DNA of 64,000 bases from an uncultured Dehalococcoidaceae bacterium (lineage in GTDB: Bacteria; Chloroflexota; Dehalococcoidia; UBA2979). The notes under the pieces were generated by a model. It worked only from the letters and a program-made list of their open reading frames with translations, searched no databases and was not told the DNA's origin. The position numbers and the translations under genes are program-made. Position 1 is the first letter of the stretch, and each line of letters begins with the position of its first letter. The DNA lies in NCBI GenBank assembly GCA_964479165.1, contig CAYZJO010000013.1, forward strand, positions 9,386-73,385, given 5' to 3'. Of the stretch, positions 51,679 to 63,219 are shown piece after piece.

Positions 51679-52313
51679 CCGGGCCTCCCGGACGCGATCC
51701 CGGCCTGCGCGGCGTACAAGGCGGCCTGCGTCCGACTCTGAACCCCGAGCTTCGTCAGGACGTTACTGACGTGGGTCTTCACCGTGCTTTCACCGACTCG
51801 GAGGCGAAGGGCGATCTGCTTGTTCGTGTGACCTTCTGCGAGCAGACGCAGCACGTCCTGCTCGCGCTCCGTGAGCTCCTCGGGACGCTCTGGCGCCTGC
51901 ACCTCGCGCATGAGGCGCGCGGCTGCTTCCGGTGATAGCTGTACCTGCCCGGCGGCGGCCGCCTTGATCGCGCGACACAGCTCGTCCGCCTCGGTGTCCT
52001 TGAGCAGGTAGCCGATCGCGCCAGCCTTAATCGCGGCGACCACCGAGCGATCCTCGAGCACGCTAGTCAGTGCGATCACCTCAATGTCGGGGTCCGCCCG
52101 GCGGAGCACGGCAGTCGCGTCGACACCGTCCATCACCGGCATCAGGAGGTCCATGAGCACCACGTCGGGATGGAGAGAAGCAGCGAGTGGGAGCGCCTCA
52201 GCGCCATCCCCAGCCTCGCCCACGATCTGGAGCTCGGCGTCGGTCCCGAGGAACATCCGCAATCCCTGACGGACCACCGCGTGATCGTCCACGATCATCA
52301 CTCGGATGACCAT
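51675..52313 (-). CDS. NarL/LuxR-family response regulator.
   Basis: ATG at 52313 with GGTGGGAG RBS. MVIRVMIVDDHAVVRQGL...VVLMDLLMPVMDG...LTEREQDVLRLLAEGHTNKQIALRL. Its stop overlaps the kinase start. Confidence 0.85.
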   Translation of the reverse strand: MVIRVMIVDDHAVVRQGLRMFLGTDAELQIVGEAGDGAEALPLAASLHPDVVLMDLLMPVMDGVDATAVLRRADPDIEVIALTSVLEDRSVVAAIKAGAIGYLLKDTEADELCRAIKAAAAGQVQLSPEAAARLMREVQAPERPEELTEREQDVLRLLAEGHTNKQIALRLRVGESTVKTHVSNVLTKLGVQSRTQAALYAAQAGIASGRPG

Positions 52314-52479
52314 CTCCCACCACCGTCCACGACTGGCACCCGCAGGACGGAGTGAGACTAGCAGGAGGAATGAGGCCAGGCATCCGACGAATGGGGGAGC
52401 TCGACCGCATCCGATCGTCGAGCTCCCGGTGAGGCGACAGCGTGAGGTCCGCTCGCGCGCGCCGGCAGACAATCACCGC

Positions 52480-52875
52480 ATGGAACTTCCGATCCGCCTG
52501 CTGCTCGTGGACGACGAGGCAGCCGTCCGGCGCGGCCTGCGCATGCGCCTCGAGGCCGAACCGGACTTGACGATCGTCGGTGAGGCACCCAACGGACGCG
52601 TCGCCCTCGGACTCGTCGCTGCGCTGCGCCCGAGGGTTGTGGTGATGGATGTGCGCATGCCGGAGCTCGACGGCGTCGAGGCCACCACTGCCATCCGTTC
52701 CGCCTTCCCCGAGATCGATGTCCTCATCGTCACGATGCACGACGACGCCTTCACCCGCGCAACCGCCGAGAGAGCCGGTGCGTACCGCGTTGTACCGAAG
52801 CACCTCGTCGACGAGGCGTTGCTGCCCGCGATCCGGGAGCTCGCCGGACAGGGCGCGACGCCGCCACCGGGCTGA
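52480..52875 (+). CDS. Single-domain CheY-like receiver protein.
   Basis: MELPIRLLLVDDEAAVRRGLRMRLEAEPDLTIVGEA...VVVMDVRMPELDG. It has no output domain. It is divergent from the NarL-type pair. Confidence 0.7.
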   Translation: MELPIRLLLVDDEAAVRRGLRMRLEAEPDLTIVGEAPNGRVALGLVAALRPRVVVMDVRMPELDGVEATTAIRSAFPEIDVLIVTMHDDAFTRATAERAGAYRVVPKHLVDEALLPAIRELAGQGATPPPG

Positions 52876-53040
52876 CTGGGGCTCCCCTGAGAAACGGGCC
52901 TCATCCCTTCGGAGGAGGCCCTCTCCGTCGTCGAGCTCGCTCGAAAGCAGGAAGTGCGGCTCACGCGTTCCGGTGGTGCCCAGAGCCGCGCCTCGGGCCA
53001 GACTCCGAGCGCAACGCCTGAGTTCCAAGGGGGCAAGATC

Positions 53041-53733
53041 ATGAACGCTTCGCTTCTCCGCCGCCAATCCGCTATCGCTACCCGTGGCCTCGGGTCGGTG
53101 GACCGTTCCGAAGTCCGCGGCGCTCCCGCAGTCGCCGCAGCCGCCTCGGGCAAAGCCACGCTGGTCGCAGATCACGCTGGAGCTTCCAATCCGACTGACT
53201 TCGAGGCATTCGTGCGGGAGTTCGAGGCATTCGGACTGGCGCGCGCGATGCGACTGCTCGCGTCGCCCGACGCCGCGGCAGAGGCGACGCAGGAGGCGCT
53301 CATCCGTGCGTTCGGCAGTTGGCAGCGATTCCGCGGAGGCAACCGCCACGCATGGTTCGCAACAATCGTGACGAACGTCGCGATCGACGAGTTGCGGAGG
53401 CGCCGACGCCGTCCTCAGTTCTCGATCGAGGGCGCGGAGGAGTCCGGTCGGTGGTCTCCTCCTGCGTCCGTCGACCCTGGACCCCAGGAGGTTGCCGAGA
53501 TCGGGGAGCTTCGCGAGATCCTGTCGCAATCCATGAGTGTCCTGCGCCCAGAATCGCGGGCGATACTCATGATGGCCGATGTGGAGAGCCTCAGTTATCG
53601 AGAGATTGCCGAGTCGATTGGTGTGCCGATCGGGACGGTCCGATCAAGATTGAGTCGTTCGCGCTCGGCCGTTCGCACCCGACTACGCGCCATGGAGCGC
53701 GCTCGCGAGTACCTGCCCGCGGTGCGGGTGTGA
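53041..53733 (+). CDS. ECF-type sigma-70 family sigma factor with an N-terminal extension of about 65 aa.
   Basis: AAGGGGG RBS. Region 2: QEALIRAFGSWQRFRGGNRHAWFATIVTNVAIDELRRR. Region 4: LSYREIAESIGVPIGTVRSRLSRSRSAVR. Confidence 0.8.
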   Translation: MNASLLRRQSAIATRGLGSVDRSEVRGAPAVAAAASGKATLVADHAGASNPTDFEAFVREFEAFGLARAMRLLASPDAAAEATQEALIRAFGSWQRFRGGNRHAWFATIVTNVAIDELRRRRRRPQFSIEGAEESGRWSPPASVDPGPQEVAEIGELREILSQSMSVLRPESRAILMMADVESLSYREIAESIGVPIGTVRSRLSRSRSAVRTRLRAMERAREYLPAVRV

Positions 53734-53794
53734 AAGGCGAGCGTCGGTGCTGTCGAGACCTGATCTCCCCAAGCAAACTGGGCACGATGCAAGA

Positions 53795-53866
53795 CAATGT
53801 GACGCTAGTGCTGCTTCGGCAACTTCCTGCAGCACTCTCGCCGTCTATCGCTAGGCCCACACGGCC
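53795..53866 (+). repeat. Copy 1 of an imperfect direct repeat of about 72 bp in the intergenic region between the sigma factor and the kinase.
   Basis: ATGTGAcGCTAGTGCTgCtTCgGCAaCtTcctGCAGcACTCTCGCcGTCTATCGCTaGGCCCACaCGG is about 80% identical to 54322-54393. Confidence 0.5.
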
Positions 53867-54321
53867 CTGAACAGCTCCCGCGTCCCGCCTCGATCCGCAT
53901 CACCATCTGCGCGCCGCTCCACGACTCGAGGATCAGATCGTGCCACGACGACTGGTTAGGCACGTGGGAACGGCCCGCGGCGGCGCAACACGCCCCCCCT
54001 TGAATTGGTTTCGAATTGTCGGTTCGGCTGCGGACGGGAAGCAACACCGGGGGCTCGAGCTAGCGGGCTGCACGCTAGGGACAGGACAGCCCGCCAGCTC
54101 TTGCTGAGGCCATCGCAGGCTAGACCCGCTGCATCTCCATTCCGCAGCAGCACCGAGGCGCCTGATCCCCGCCAGCGGGCCCGGCCCCCTTTGTTACAGT
54201 GATCTCGCATCCGCAGTTCTCCATCATGCACCGATATGTCTCACCCTGCTGCAAGGCCATTCCCACCCTCCTGGCACTACAGGATAAACGCTAGGGCGTC
54301 GTGCAAGGCCAGCAGATGTGA

Positions 54322-54393
54322 TTGCGGTAGTGCTACGTCCGCAGCCTACGGCAGGACTCTCGCGGTCTATCGCTGCGCCCACGCGGAACCTGC
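54322..54393 (+). repeat. Copy 2 of the intergenic direct repeat of about 72 bp.
   Basis: ATGTGAttGCggTAGTGCTaCgTCcGCAgCcTacgGCAGgACTCTCGCgGTCTATCGCTgcGCCCACgCGG. Confidence 0.5.
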
Positions 54394-54422
54394 GCGGTTC
54401 GGCTCGCAAGCGTCTCGCCACA

Positions 54423-55695
54423 TCAAACATCCGCTGCGAGGGGGATGGTGAAGCCTAACCGAGCCCCTTTAACGGCCTCCGAGGCGGCCATTACGGAGCC
54501 CCCGTGAGCGCTGACAGTGCCATGGACAATCGCAAGGCCAAGCCCGACTCCGTCGCTGCCCGCCGAGCGCGTCCGCGATCGCTCAGCCCGGTAGAAGCGG
54601 TCCCAGATTCTCGGGAGGTCAGCAGACGCGATGCCGTCGCCCGTGTCCTCGACGAGGACCGAGGCCATGTCGGCATCCTTCGACGCGCGAACTCGCACCA
54701 CTCCGCCGGACGGGGTGTGTTCGATGGCGTTGACGATGAGGTTGCGAATGGCCCGTTCGATCAGGAAGCCGTCCACGAACGTGAGAACTTGCTCGGCCGG
54801 TGGCGCGAACACGACCGCCACGCCGGCGGACCGTGCTTGGGCCTCGACCGCTTCGGTGACCTCCCGCGCGATCTCCTCAAGGGCGACAGTTCGTCGCTCG
54901 AGCCGCACCGCGCCCGAGTCAAACTGCGCGAGCTGGAACAAGTCGTCGACCAGGCGCGAGAGGCGCTCGACATCGGCGGCGAGGGATCGGTAGTACCGAG
55001 CCCGATCTGCCGGTGCGGTGATCAGCTCGTCTGCCAGGGCCTCGATCATGGCGCGCATGCTGCCCAGCGGCGTGCGCAAATCGTGCGAGACGGCGGCAGT
55101 CATGTCACGGCGCTCACGCTCGATCGCTGCCCGGTCAGCCTCGGCGTCGCGCAGCCGGCGTGCGAGGAGGTTCACGTCGGCGGCAAGCTCGGACAGCTCG
55201 TCCCCCGCGGGCACCCGAACGTCCTCGTCGTAACGGCCGTCCGCGAGCGCCTGGATTCCCTTTGTGATCGTCGCGACACGAGTCGAGAGCCGCGCCGCCA
55301 CCCAGAGGCTGAAGCCGGCGGCGATGATCCCGCTGCTGAGCGTCAGCGCCGCGAGCAGGCCGAGGTCGTGCGACGTGGAGACGAACATGAGGCGCGCCAC
55401 GACCAGTACGTTGAGGAGTCCCGCGACCGAGCCGACGATCGCGCCCAGTGCGATCAGCGAACCCAGCCTGAGCCCGAGCCGCTGCGTCGACCAGTGGAAC
55501 GCCGCCGCGCCCAGCGCGATGCTCGCGGCGCCCGAGACTAGCACGTAGACAGCGAGCGCACGGAGGTCATGAGACGGTGGGGAGAAGAGGAACTGGGCGG
55601 CCAGGACACTCGACAAGCATGCGGCGGCGAGTAGTAGCGCCGCACGGCGAACATCCTCGAGAGCCCAGTCGCGGAGACTCTGCTGACCCGTCATG
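54423..55695 (-). CDS. Sensor histidine kinase (TM-HAMP-HisKA-HATPase, OmpR-type partner).
   Basis: VSHDLRTPLGSMRAMIEAL H-box. A C-terminal ATPase with GLGLAIVHGTVSAHGG. Its start overlaps the stop of the response regulator. Confidence 0.85.
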
Positions 55696-56380
55696 GCTCG
55701 AGCTTGTACCCCACGCCCCACACGGTCTTGAGGTGGCGAGGCCGAGAGGCGTCCCGCTCGGTCTTCGCGCGCAGCCTCCGAACCGTAACGGTGACGGTGT
55801 TGAGGTCGCCATCGAAGTCTTGCGTCCAGACACCCTCCGTCAGTTGCTCTCGGGTGAAGACCTGAGCGGGATGGCTCGCGAGGTACAGCATGAGGTCGAA
55901 CTCCCTGGCAGTAAGTCCGACGGTCCGTCCACCGACATCCACTCGCCGCGTCGTGGGATCGATCGTGATCTCGCCGACGCGCAGTTCGGCCGACTCGCTT
56001 CCACCTGCGTCTGAGCGACGCGTGCGACGGAGCACGGCGTCGACACGAGCAACGAGCTCTCTGGGACTGAACGGCTTGGTTACGTAGTCGTCAGCGCCAA
56101 GTCCGAGACCGTGGATCTTATCGGGCTCGCTCGAACGAGCCGTTAGCAGGATGATCGGCGTCTCCGACTGTTCGCGTACACGTCTGCAGACATCGAGGCC
56201 GTCGATCCGCGGGATCATAATGTCCAGAACGATCAGGTCAGGACGTTCGGCCTCGAATCGCTCGATTGCAGAGAGCCCATCATGCACGACCTCGACGGCG
56301 TATCCATCGCGCCTCAGATAACGCGCGACGACCTCCGCGACCATCGGCTCGTCCTCGACGACCAGCACCTTTGCGTGCAT
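55691..56380 (-). CDS. OmpR/PhoB-family response regulator.
   Basis: MHAKVLVVEDEPMVAEVV...LIVLDIMIPRIDG...winged helix LTAREFDLMLYLASHPAQVFTREQL...TVWGVGYKL. Confidence 0.9.
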   Translation of the reverse strand: MHAKVLVVEDEPMVAEVVARYLRRDGYAVEVVHDGLSAIERFEAERPDLIVLDIMIPRIDGLDVCRRVREQSETPIILLTARSSEPDKIHGLGLGADDYVTKPFSPRELVARVDAVLRRTRRSDAGGSESAELRVGEITIDPTTRRVDVGGRTVGLTAREFDLMLYLASHPAQVFTREQLTEGVWTQDFDGDLNTVTVTVRRLRAKTERDASRPRHLKTVWGVGYKLEP

Positions 56381-56479
56381 CTGTGCCTCGCCGATCTGCG
56401 GAATGATCGGAACGCGGCCACGATACGGGGGAGGGTCGTCTGACCCTCCCCCTGTTTCGCACGCGTACACAACCGAAGA

Positions 56480-56788
56480 CTAGGGGTTTACCGGGTTCCA
56501 GATCGGAGTAAACCCGTCGGCACCGGGACGGTTCGTGGCCGACGGGGTCCCGTTCTCGTTGAGGCCGTTTTCGTTGGCGTGGCCGCCGGCCTGCTCGTTG
56601 CCCGGAAGGAAGGTCGCCCCGCCCCCAGGGAACGGGTTCGCGTCGAGCTTGGGGGAGTTGAGAACCCCCTCGCCGACCACCGAACAGATGAACGCGTTGG
56701 GGTCTCCGGTGTGGTCTGCGGAGGCCACCCCTGTCGCTGCACCGACCAGGGTCAGCGCCGCGAGACCGCTGAACAGGATCTTCTTCAA
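56480..56788 (-). CDS. Small secreted protein with a Sec signal peptide. Function unknown.
   Basis: AAGGAGGAAG RBS. MKKILFSGLAALTLVGAATGVASA, then a Gly/Asn/Pro-rich 75-aa mature part. First gene of the OmpR-type two-component operon. Confidence 0.65.
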   Translation of the reverse strand: MKKILFSGLAALTLVGAATGVASADHTGDPNAFICSVVGEGVLNSPKLDANPFPGGGATFLPGNEQAGGHANENGLNENGTPSATNRPGADGFTPIWNPVNP

Positions 56789-56996
56789 CCTCTTCCTCCT
56801 TCTTGCTGGAGCGGTGGAAGGAGATCGTCGCCCGAAAACCTTACGAAACTGTGACAGAGAGACGGAGACCGAGTGGGCGACATGCAGAGGCGACCCCAGA
56901 CGATGCCGCCACCGTGAACACCCCGAACTAGACCGAGACCCGCCGCCGGAGCCGATGGTTCAGATCAATGCGTCTCGAAGGAGTTGAGATCGGTCC

Positions 56997-57392
56997 CTAG
57001 GGCGACATGCACGTAGACCTCGAAAACCTTCGAACCAGCGGATCGTCCACCTCGATGAACTGGACGTCCCACGCCGCTACCAACGCCTTTGCCTCGGCGA
57101 AGTGCTGCGCGAACTCCGGGTCGGACTCGAGCTTGGCGCGGGTCTGACGGGCGAGTTCACTCCCCGCCTCCGCACAGCCGCCCCGGGCCATAAGGAACGC
57201 GAGAGTTGCGCTGCAGTGTGTTCCACTCGGCCGAGTGTGTTGTCCGAGGCGCGTTCGTAGGTTGCGCGTCTGCCCAACGTAACGGTACTGACCGCCATCG
57301 CTAAATAGATAAATGCCGGGCGCTGCAGGCACGCTGCCCCGTGCACGCGGCGCACGAGGTCGCGCGAACAACTGCTCAAGGAGCGGACGCAT
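56997..57392 (-). CDS. GIY-YIG nuclease-domain protein of about 131 aa.
   Basis: APGIYLFSDGGQYRYVGQTRNLRTRLGQH... The upstream part of the 436-aa track ORF looks spurious. Confidence 0.6.
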   Translation of the reverse strand: MRPLLEQLFARPRAPRARGSVPAAPGIYLFSDGGQYRYVGQTRNLRTRLGQHTRPSGTHCSATLAFLMARGGCAEAGSELARQTRAKLESDPEFAQHFAEAKALVAAWDVQFIEVDDPLVRRFSRSTCMSP

Positions 57393-57399
57393 CTTCGAC

Positions 57400-58640
<1,241 letters not shown>

Positions 58641-58656
58641 ATCTCTCGCTGTCCCC

Positions 58657-60573
58657 CTAGACGATAGTGCCCCACTGACCGTTACCCAGGTATGTCGTGG
58701 GCGCGCCTTCGTCCAGCCAGACAGAGCGTGCCTTCGCGTCACCGTAGCAACTGAAGACGGAGGCCACGCTCGCCGGCCGGAAGTTGATCATGTAGTTGTG
58801 CCAGAAGATGCGGTTCATCCCCGTGCCCGGGAAGAAGACCTCCCAGACCTGGTCAAAGATGCGAGTCTCGATGTCCTTCCAGATCTGGAGCTTCGCCTCT
58901 TCGTTGGTCTCCTGCCGCTGCGCCGTGACGAGCCGGTCCATCTCGGCGTCGTTCACGTTGTTGTGGTTCAGGCCGCCCGTCGAGTGGTACCAGGGGTACA
59001 CCGCCTGGTCGACCGCGTACACAGGCGGCCCCCAGGTGATGTTCATGGTGTCCTCGAAGTCTCGCGCGTTGAGCATGCTCACCGCCGTCGGGTTGTCGAC
59101 CTCGCGGATGTTCGCGCGGATCTCTGGAACCTCCGCGTACATCGGACCCATGAGCGAAGCGTACTGCTCGCGCTGGTACCACGCCGGGAAGTCCACGACG
59201 ATCGGGTTGGCCTCGCTGTAACCAGCGGCCTGCAGCAGCTGGCGGGCCTTCTCGCGGTCGAACTGGTACCACTCGCCCTGATCGCCGTACTGCGGCCGCG
59301 TCTCGTAGAGGTACGGCCACGGGATAGGCGAGCGCACGCCGCCGTTGTTCTCGCCGTTGTAGCGGGCGAGATCCCACTCCTGGAAGTCGAGAGCGAGGGC
59401 GAACGCACGGCGCACGCGCTCGTCCGCGAACTTCGGATTCGTCATCTGGAAGTGGAAGCCCTCGGTGTTCGCCCCCACCACGGACTCGTACTTAAGATAG
59501 ACGGAGTCCTTGCTCTGCTGGAGCATCGACTCTGCCTCAGCGTCGTCGCGCGCGGACCAGTAAAAGAAGTTGTCTGTGGTGTAGCCGGCCTTCTGCACTG
59601 CCGTGTCGTTCTGCACCACAGTGATCACGCGGTCCATGTACGGCAGCCCGGTCTCGAAGTAGTCCGGGTGCTTCACAAACTCAGAGCGCTCCTTCTGGAT
59701 CCAGGTCTCCTGGATGAAGGGGCCGGTGCCAACCGCATGCTCGGTCAGGAAGTCGATGTCCTCGAGCATCTCCTTGGCGTCCATGTGGGACCAGGCCGCG
59801 ATGTTACGCGGGAAGTCGCTGATCGGCTGTCCCAGGGTCAGCACCACAGTGTAGTCGTCGGGCGTCTCGATCTCGGTGACGTCCGTCCACATGTCCTTCT
59901 GGACACCTCCCGAGCGGTAGCGCTCTGCGGAGAGACGCACGTCTTCGGAGGTGAACTCACGGCCCATCGTGGGCTCGACGTTGTGGAACTTCACGCCCTG
60001 GTGCAGGTGGAACGTGTACTGCAGGCCGTCCGGGGTCGACTCCCACGACTCGGCGAGGTCGGGCTCGATCTGGATGCGGCGGTTGTCCGCCTGCGGCCCG
60101 AATTGCCCGCGGGTCAACTTGTTCTTCGTGAAGTCCATCGTGGAGTTCACGGTGCACGAGAGCGTGCGGTTGAAGTCCATGTGCGGCGGGTCGAGGTACC
60201 GGGCCATGAGCGTGCCGCCGTAGCGGGCGTTGTTGGCCGGGTCGAGCTCCCCAGGGGTCGGCGGGATCGAACCCTCGTAGGCGCCCGGCGCGATGCGGAT
60301 CTGGTCCGAGGGCAGCGGACCGCCACCTGGCGCAGCCGTCCCGGTACCCTCGCCGCCGCTCGGCGCCGCGGTCGCGGGCGTTCCCGCGTCGTCGTCACCC
60401 CCGCAACCGAAGAGTGCGAGGCCCGCGAGGCCAGCGACCCCAACCCCAGCACCGCGTAGGGCCCCGCGCCGGCTCAGCGTGCGCCGGCTCCAATAATTTC
60501 CTCCTGGCAAGTTCGTGCCTCCCAGCACCCCCTGACCGACCGAGCGGTCGGCTATGGCCGAATGGAATATCAC
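58657..60573 (-). CDS. ABC-transporter substrate-binding lipoprotein, family 5 (OppA/DppA/NikA-like), with a Tat/lipobox signal. It is orphaned from permease genes.
   Basis: SRRTLSRRGALRGAGVGVAGLAGLALFGCGG. 638 aa with an SBP_bac_5-like body. No ABC permease or ATPase genes follow. The next downstream feature is the IS110 element. Confidence 0.85.
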   Translation of the reverse strand: MIFHSAIADRSVGQGVLGGTNLPGGNYWSRRTLSRRGALRGAGVGVAGLAGLALFGCGGDDDAGTPATAAPSGGEGTGTAAPGGGPLPSDQIRIAPGAYEGSIPPTPGELDPANNARYGGTLMARYLDPPHMDFNRTLSCTVNSTMDFTKNKLTRGQFGPQADNRRIQIEPDLAESWESTPDGLQYTFHLHQGVKFHNVEPTMGREFTSEDVRLSAERYRSGGVQKDMWTDVTEIETPDDYTVVLTLGQPISDFPRNIAAWSHMDAKEMLEDIDFLTEHAVGTGPFIQETWIQKERSEFVKHPDYFETGLPYMDRVITVVQNDTAVQKAGYTTDNFFYWSARDDAEAESMLQQSKDSVYLKYESVVGANTEGFHFQMTNPKFADERVRRAFALALDFQEWDLARYNGENNGGVRSPIPWPYLYETRPQYGDQGEWYQFDREKARQLLQAAGYSEANPIVVDFPAWYQREQYASLMGPMYAEVPEIRANIREVDNPTAVSMLNARDFEDTMNITWGPPVYAVDQAVYPWYHSTGGLNHNNVNDAEMDRLVTAQRQETNEEAKLQIWKDIETRIFDQVWEVFFPGTGMNRIFWHNYMINFRPASVASVFSCYGDAKARSVWLDEGAPTTYLGNGQWGTIV

Positions 60574-60784
60574 GATGTTCGATAGGAGTGCAATAGTGCA
60601 TGCGACGAGTTGTCATAGCGGGCTGGACACGATTACGAGCGTGCTCTATGTTCCGACAGTCGTCAGCGAGGCCGCTTGGTACGCACTGCTCGCGACACAA
60701 ACTCGCCAGTACCCTCTGGGGCATGGGGGCCGGGTAACCGGCCCTCGTGCTTTCAGCGGCCCAACTTGTGGGGACTCGTGCCCG

Positions 60785-62080
60785 CTAACCCCCGCCGCCT
60801 CCGCTATACGGGCGTGCCTCCGGGCCCTGAGCGTCGGGCAGAGAAGCGATCCCATAGGCTTCAGCCTGAAACGCTTCGCCCAAGGCTTCGTCGAGTAGTC
60901 GGACCTGGTGCTCGAGAGGGCTTCGCCGGGATGCGGGGGCGCGCGCCAGGAGGTCGTCGAGCAGGAACCGCATCCGTCTCATCACTTGAAGCGACCCACT
61001 CCCGTACGAGCGGATCTCGTCCAACGCGAGTGCAACGTAGGCGCCCCATCCTGGCCTCGGGACAACGAGGCGCACCCTACCGTCCACGGCGGTTCGCTGC
61101 GAAGCAGGGAAGTCTCTGCCAGCCAACACCAGCAAGAGATCATGCAACTGGTCCAGTACCTGAACGGCCGTCGTCGGGTCGTTCACGCCGGGGGACAAGG
61201 CACGGACAGCGATGTCAACCAGCTGGCGGAAGCCGAATGCCGCATCCTGCTGCATGGTCCGCGCCACACCAACGGCCAGGACCGACCGCATCGCATCGTC
61301 GCTGATGGTGTCCGAACTGCCTTTTGCAAGCGCGAAGACTGAACCGCGGCCGACGAAGTCCCCCACCATGGGAACGAGCTCGATCACGGCGTCGCTCTCG
61401 TCGCACAACGCGAGGAGCCGGCGCTCATCGACGCCTGTCAGAACGCCGGAGCGGCGGTCCCAGTTGAAGGAGCGGGCTGGCCCTTCCCTCGTCTGCGGGA
61501 GCGGCTCAGTTGACTCTGCCGGATCCCCGAGCGTCTCCGGGTAAAGGCGCTCAATCGTCTCCAAGGTCTCGCTTCCGACGCGCTCAATGATCGTGCTGAC
61601 CCGAATCGACTGCGCGATGTGGTTGATGAAGTAGACGAACGCCGCGATGCTCGCGAGAGCGGCCAAGAAGGCTGCCCACGTCGCAGCCCCAGGAACGAAG
61701 TCGTCGCGCACCTCGCGCAGCACGAGGAGTGCATACGTGAACGTGCCAATGAACAGAGCGAGCACGATCTGATTGTGGCGATCCCGGAGGAACGTGCGCA
61801 TGACACGCGGCGATAGCTGACTGGAGGCGAGCTGCAGCACAAGCATCGTCACGGAGAAGCCCAGCGTCGCCATCGTCAGCGTGCTCGTGGAGATAGCGGC
61901 TAGAAAGCCGCGCGCGCTCTCCGCTCCACCTTGAAAGACGAACCAGCCCGTCCGGTCTCCATCGAGCTGCCGATCAACAGCGATGAGCGCGCGCTGGAGA
62001 ACGGCCGCGATCACCACGCCGAGGCCGGGCAGTACCCAAAGGCTCTCGCGTAGTCGGTCCAGAACGACGCCGAGGCGCAT
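60785..62080 (-). CDS. DUF2254-family membrane protein.
   Basis: N-terminal TM helices. ...ALSPGVNDPTTAVQVLDQLHDLL, typical of DUF2254. 431 aa. Confidence 0.7.
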   Translation of the reverse strand: MRLGVVLDRLRESLWVLPGLGVVIAAVLQRALIAVDRQLDGDRTGWFVFQGGAESARGFLAAISTSTLTMATLGFSVTMLVLQLASSQLSPRVMRTFLRDRHNQIVLALFIGTFTYALLVLREVRDDFVPGAATWAAFLAALASIAAFVYFINHIAQSIRVSTIIERVGSETLETIERLYPETLGDPAESTEPLPQTREGPARSFNWDRRSGVLTGVDERRLLALCDESDAVIELVPMVGDFVGRGSVFALAKGSSDTISDDAMRSVLAVGVARTMQQDAAFGFRQLVDIAVRALSPGVNDPTTAVQVLDQLHDLLLVLAGRDFPASQRTAVDGRVRLVVPRPGWGAYVALALDEIRSYGSGSLQVMRRMRFLLDDLLARAPASRRSPLEHQVRLLDEALGEAFQAEAYGIASLPDAQGPEARPYSGGGGG

Positions 62081-62142
62081 GCGGTCACCTCCGAGGAGGA
62101 AGCGTACGCCCTACGAGCAGGGACAGACTAAGAACTCGGTCT

Positions 62143-63154
62143 GTGCGTACGCCCGCGATGCACCGAAAGCTTCCCTCGCACGTGATCAGCTGCCGAGGGT
62201 CGTTCAGAGGAGGCGGTGAGCGGGTAGGCACCCCTGCATGGGGGCTAACTCGCACGGTCTACGCTAATGGCGTGGAGGACACGAAGATCTCGTTGTGGGG
62301 GAGGCTCGCCGACACGGAGCGGCGCGGGCGCGTGCAGCAGAGGGTTACGGCGTGGTTCGACGTCACCCTCTCTGTGCTGGCCGTCGTGGTCGTCGTCCTG
62401 ATCATCCTCGAACTAGCGGCGCCGCTGAGCGAGGCATGGACCGCTCGTCTCGCACGGATGCAGCTCGCAATCTGGGCCGTGTTCGTCGTGGCATTCCTCA
62501 TCGAGTTGTACCTCGCACCCTCGAAGCCGCAATACCTCCGCGAGCACTGGCTCGTCGCGCTCTCGCTTGCTCTACCACTGCTCCGCATCTTCCGGGTGGT
62601 TCGCGGACTACGCGTGCTGCGCGGAGCCCGTGCTGCACGTGGGCTCACCGTCGCACGAGTCGTCTCGGCTTTGAACCGGGGCACGCGGAGCCTGCGTCGC
62701 TTCATCGTCGTGAGCAGGTTCGCCTATCTGCTGGCTCTTACGGTACTCGGGACAATGGTCGCGGCAGCAGCAAGCTTTTACCTCGAACGAGGAGCACCAC
62801 AGGCGACCATCACCAACTTCGGCGAGGCGCTCTGGTGGTCGGCCACCGTGGTCACGACAGTGAACTCCCCCCCTTGAAACGGTGACGCTGGAGGGCCGGG
62901 TTGTCGCCCTCGCGCTGCGCATCTTCGGAGTGGCCGTGATCGGCTACCTCACGGCGCACATCGCCGTGTTCCTGCTCGGTGAGCAGATCGGCGCTCAGAC
63001 TGAGGGAGCTGCAACCACCGAAGCTTTGCAAGTTCTTCGAGACGAGATCGCACAGTTGCGGAAGGCAGTCGAACTTGGAGCTGACTCCGCCAGCGGTAAT
63101 GCTGAGCCAACGGAGGAGGCTTCACCTCTCCGCTCAGTTAGAAATCGCTCGTAG
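62143..63154 (+). pseudogene. Voltage-gated ion-channel-family protein (S4 sensor plus pore), interrupted at a C7 homopolymer at about 62866-62872 (track ORFs 62143..62877 and 62882..63154).
   Basis: S4: LRIFRVVRGLRVLRGARAARGL. Pore helix: FGEALWWSATVVTTVNSPP-stop. S6 follows in the next ORF: TLEGRVVALALRIFGVAVIGYLTAHIAVFLL. Deleting one C joins the two frames. Confidence 0.55.
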
Positions 63155-63219
63155 CTGCGAGTGCGTCCGAGAACGTCTGCGGGAGTTGGCCTCGCGCGGC
63201 TGGCACGAATCGAGACGAC

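Noticed and set aside
33241-53832. A shared 10-mer ATCGCTAGGC between the 72-bp intergenic repeat (53846) and the start of repeat copy C (33232), as evidence that the two repeat families are related.
   Set aside because: A single 10-mer match in 128 kb of two-strand GC-rich sequence is within chance expectation. No extended alignment supports it.
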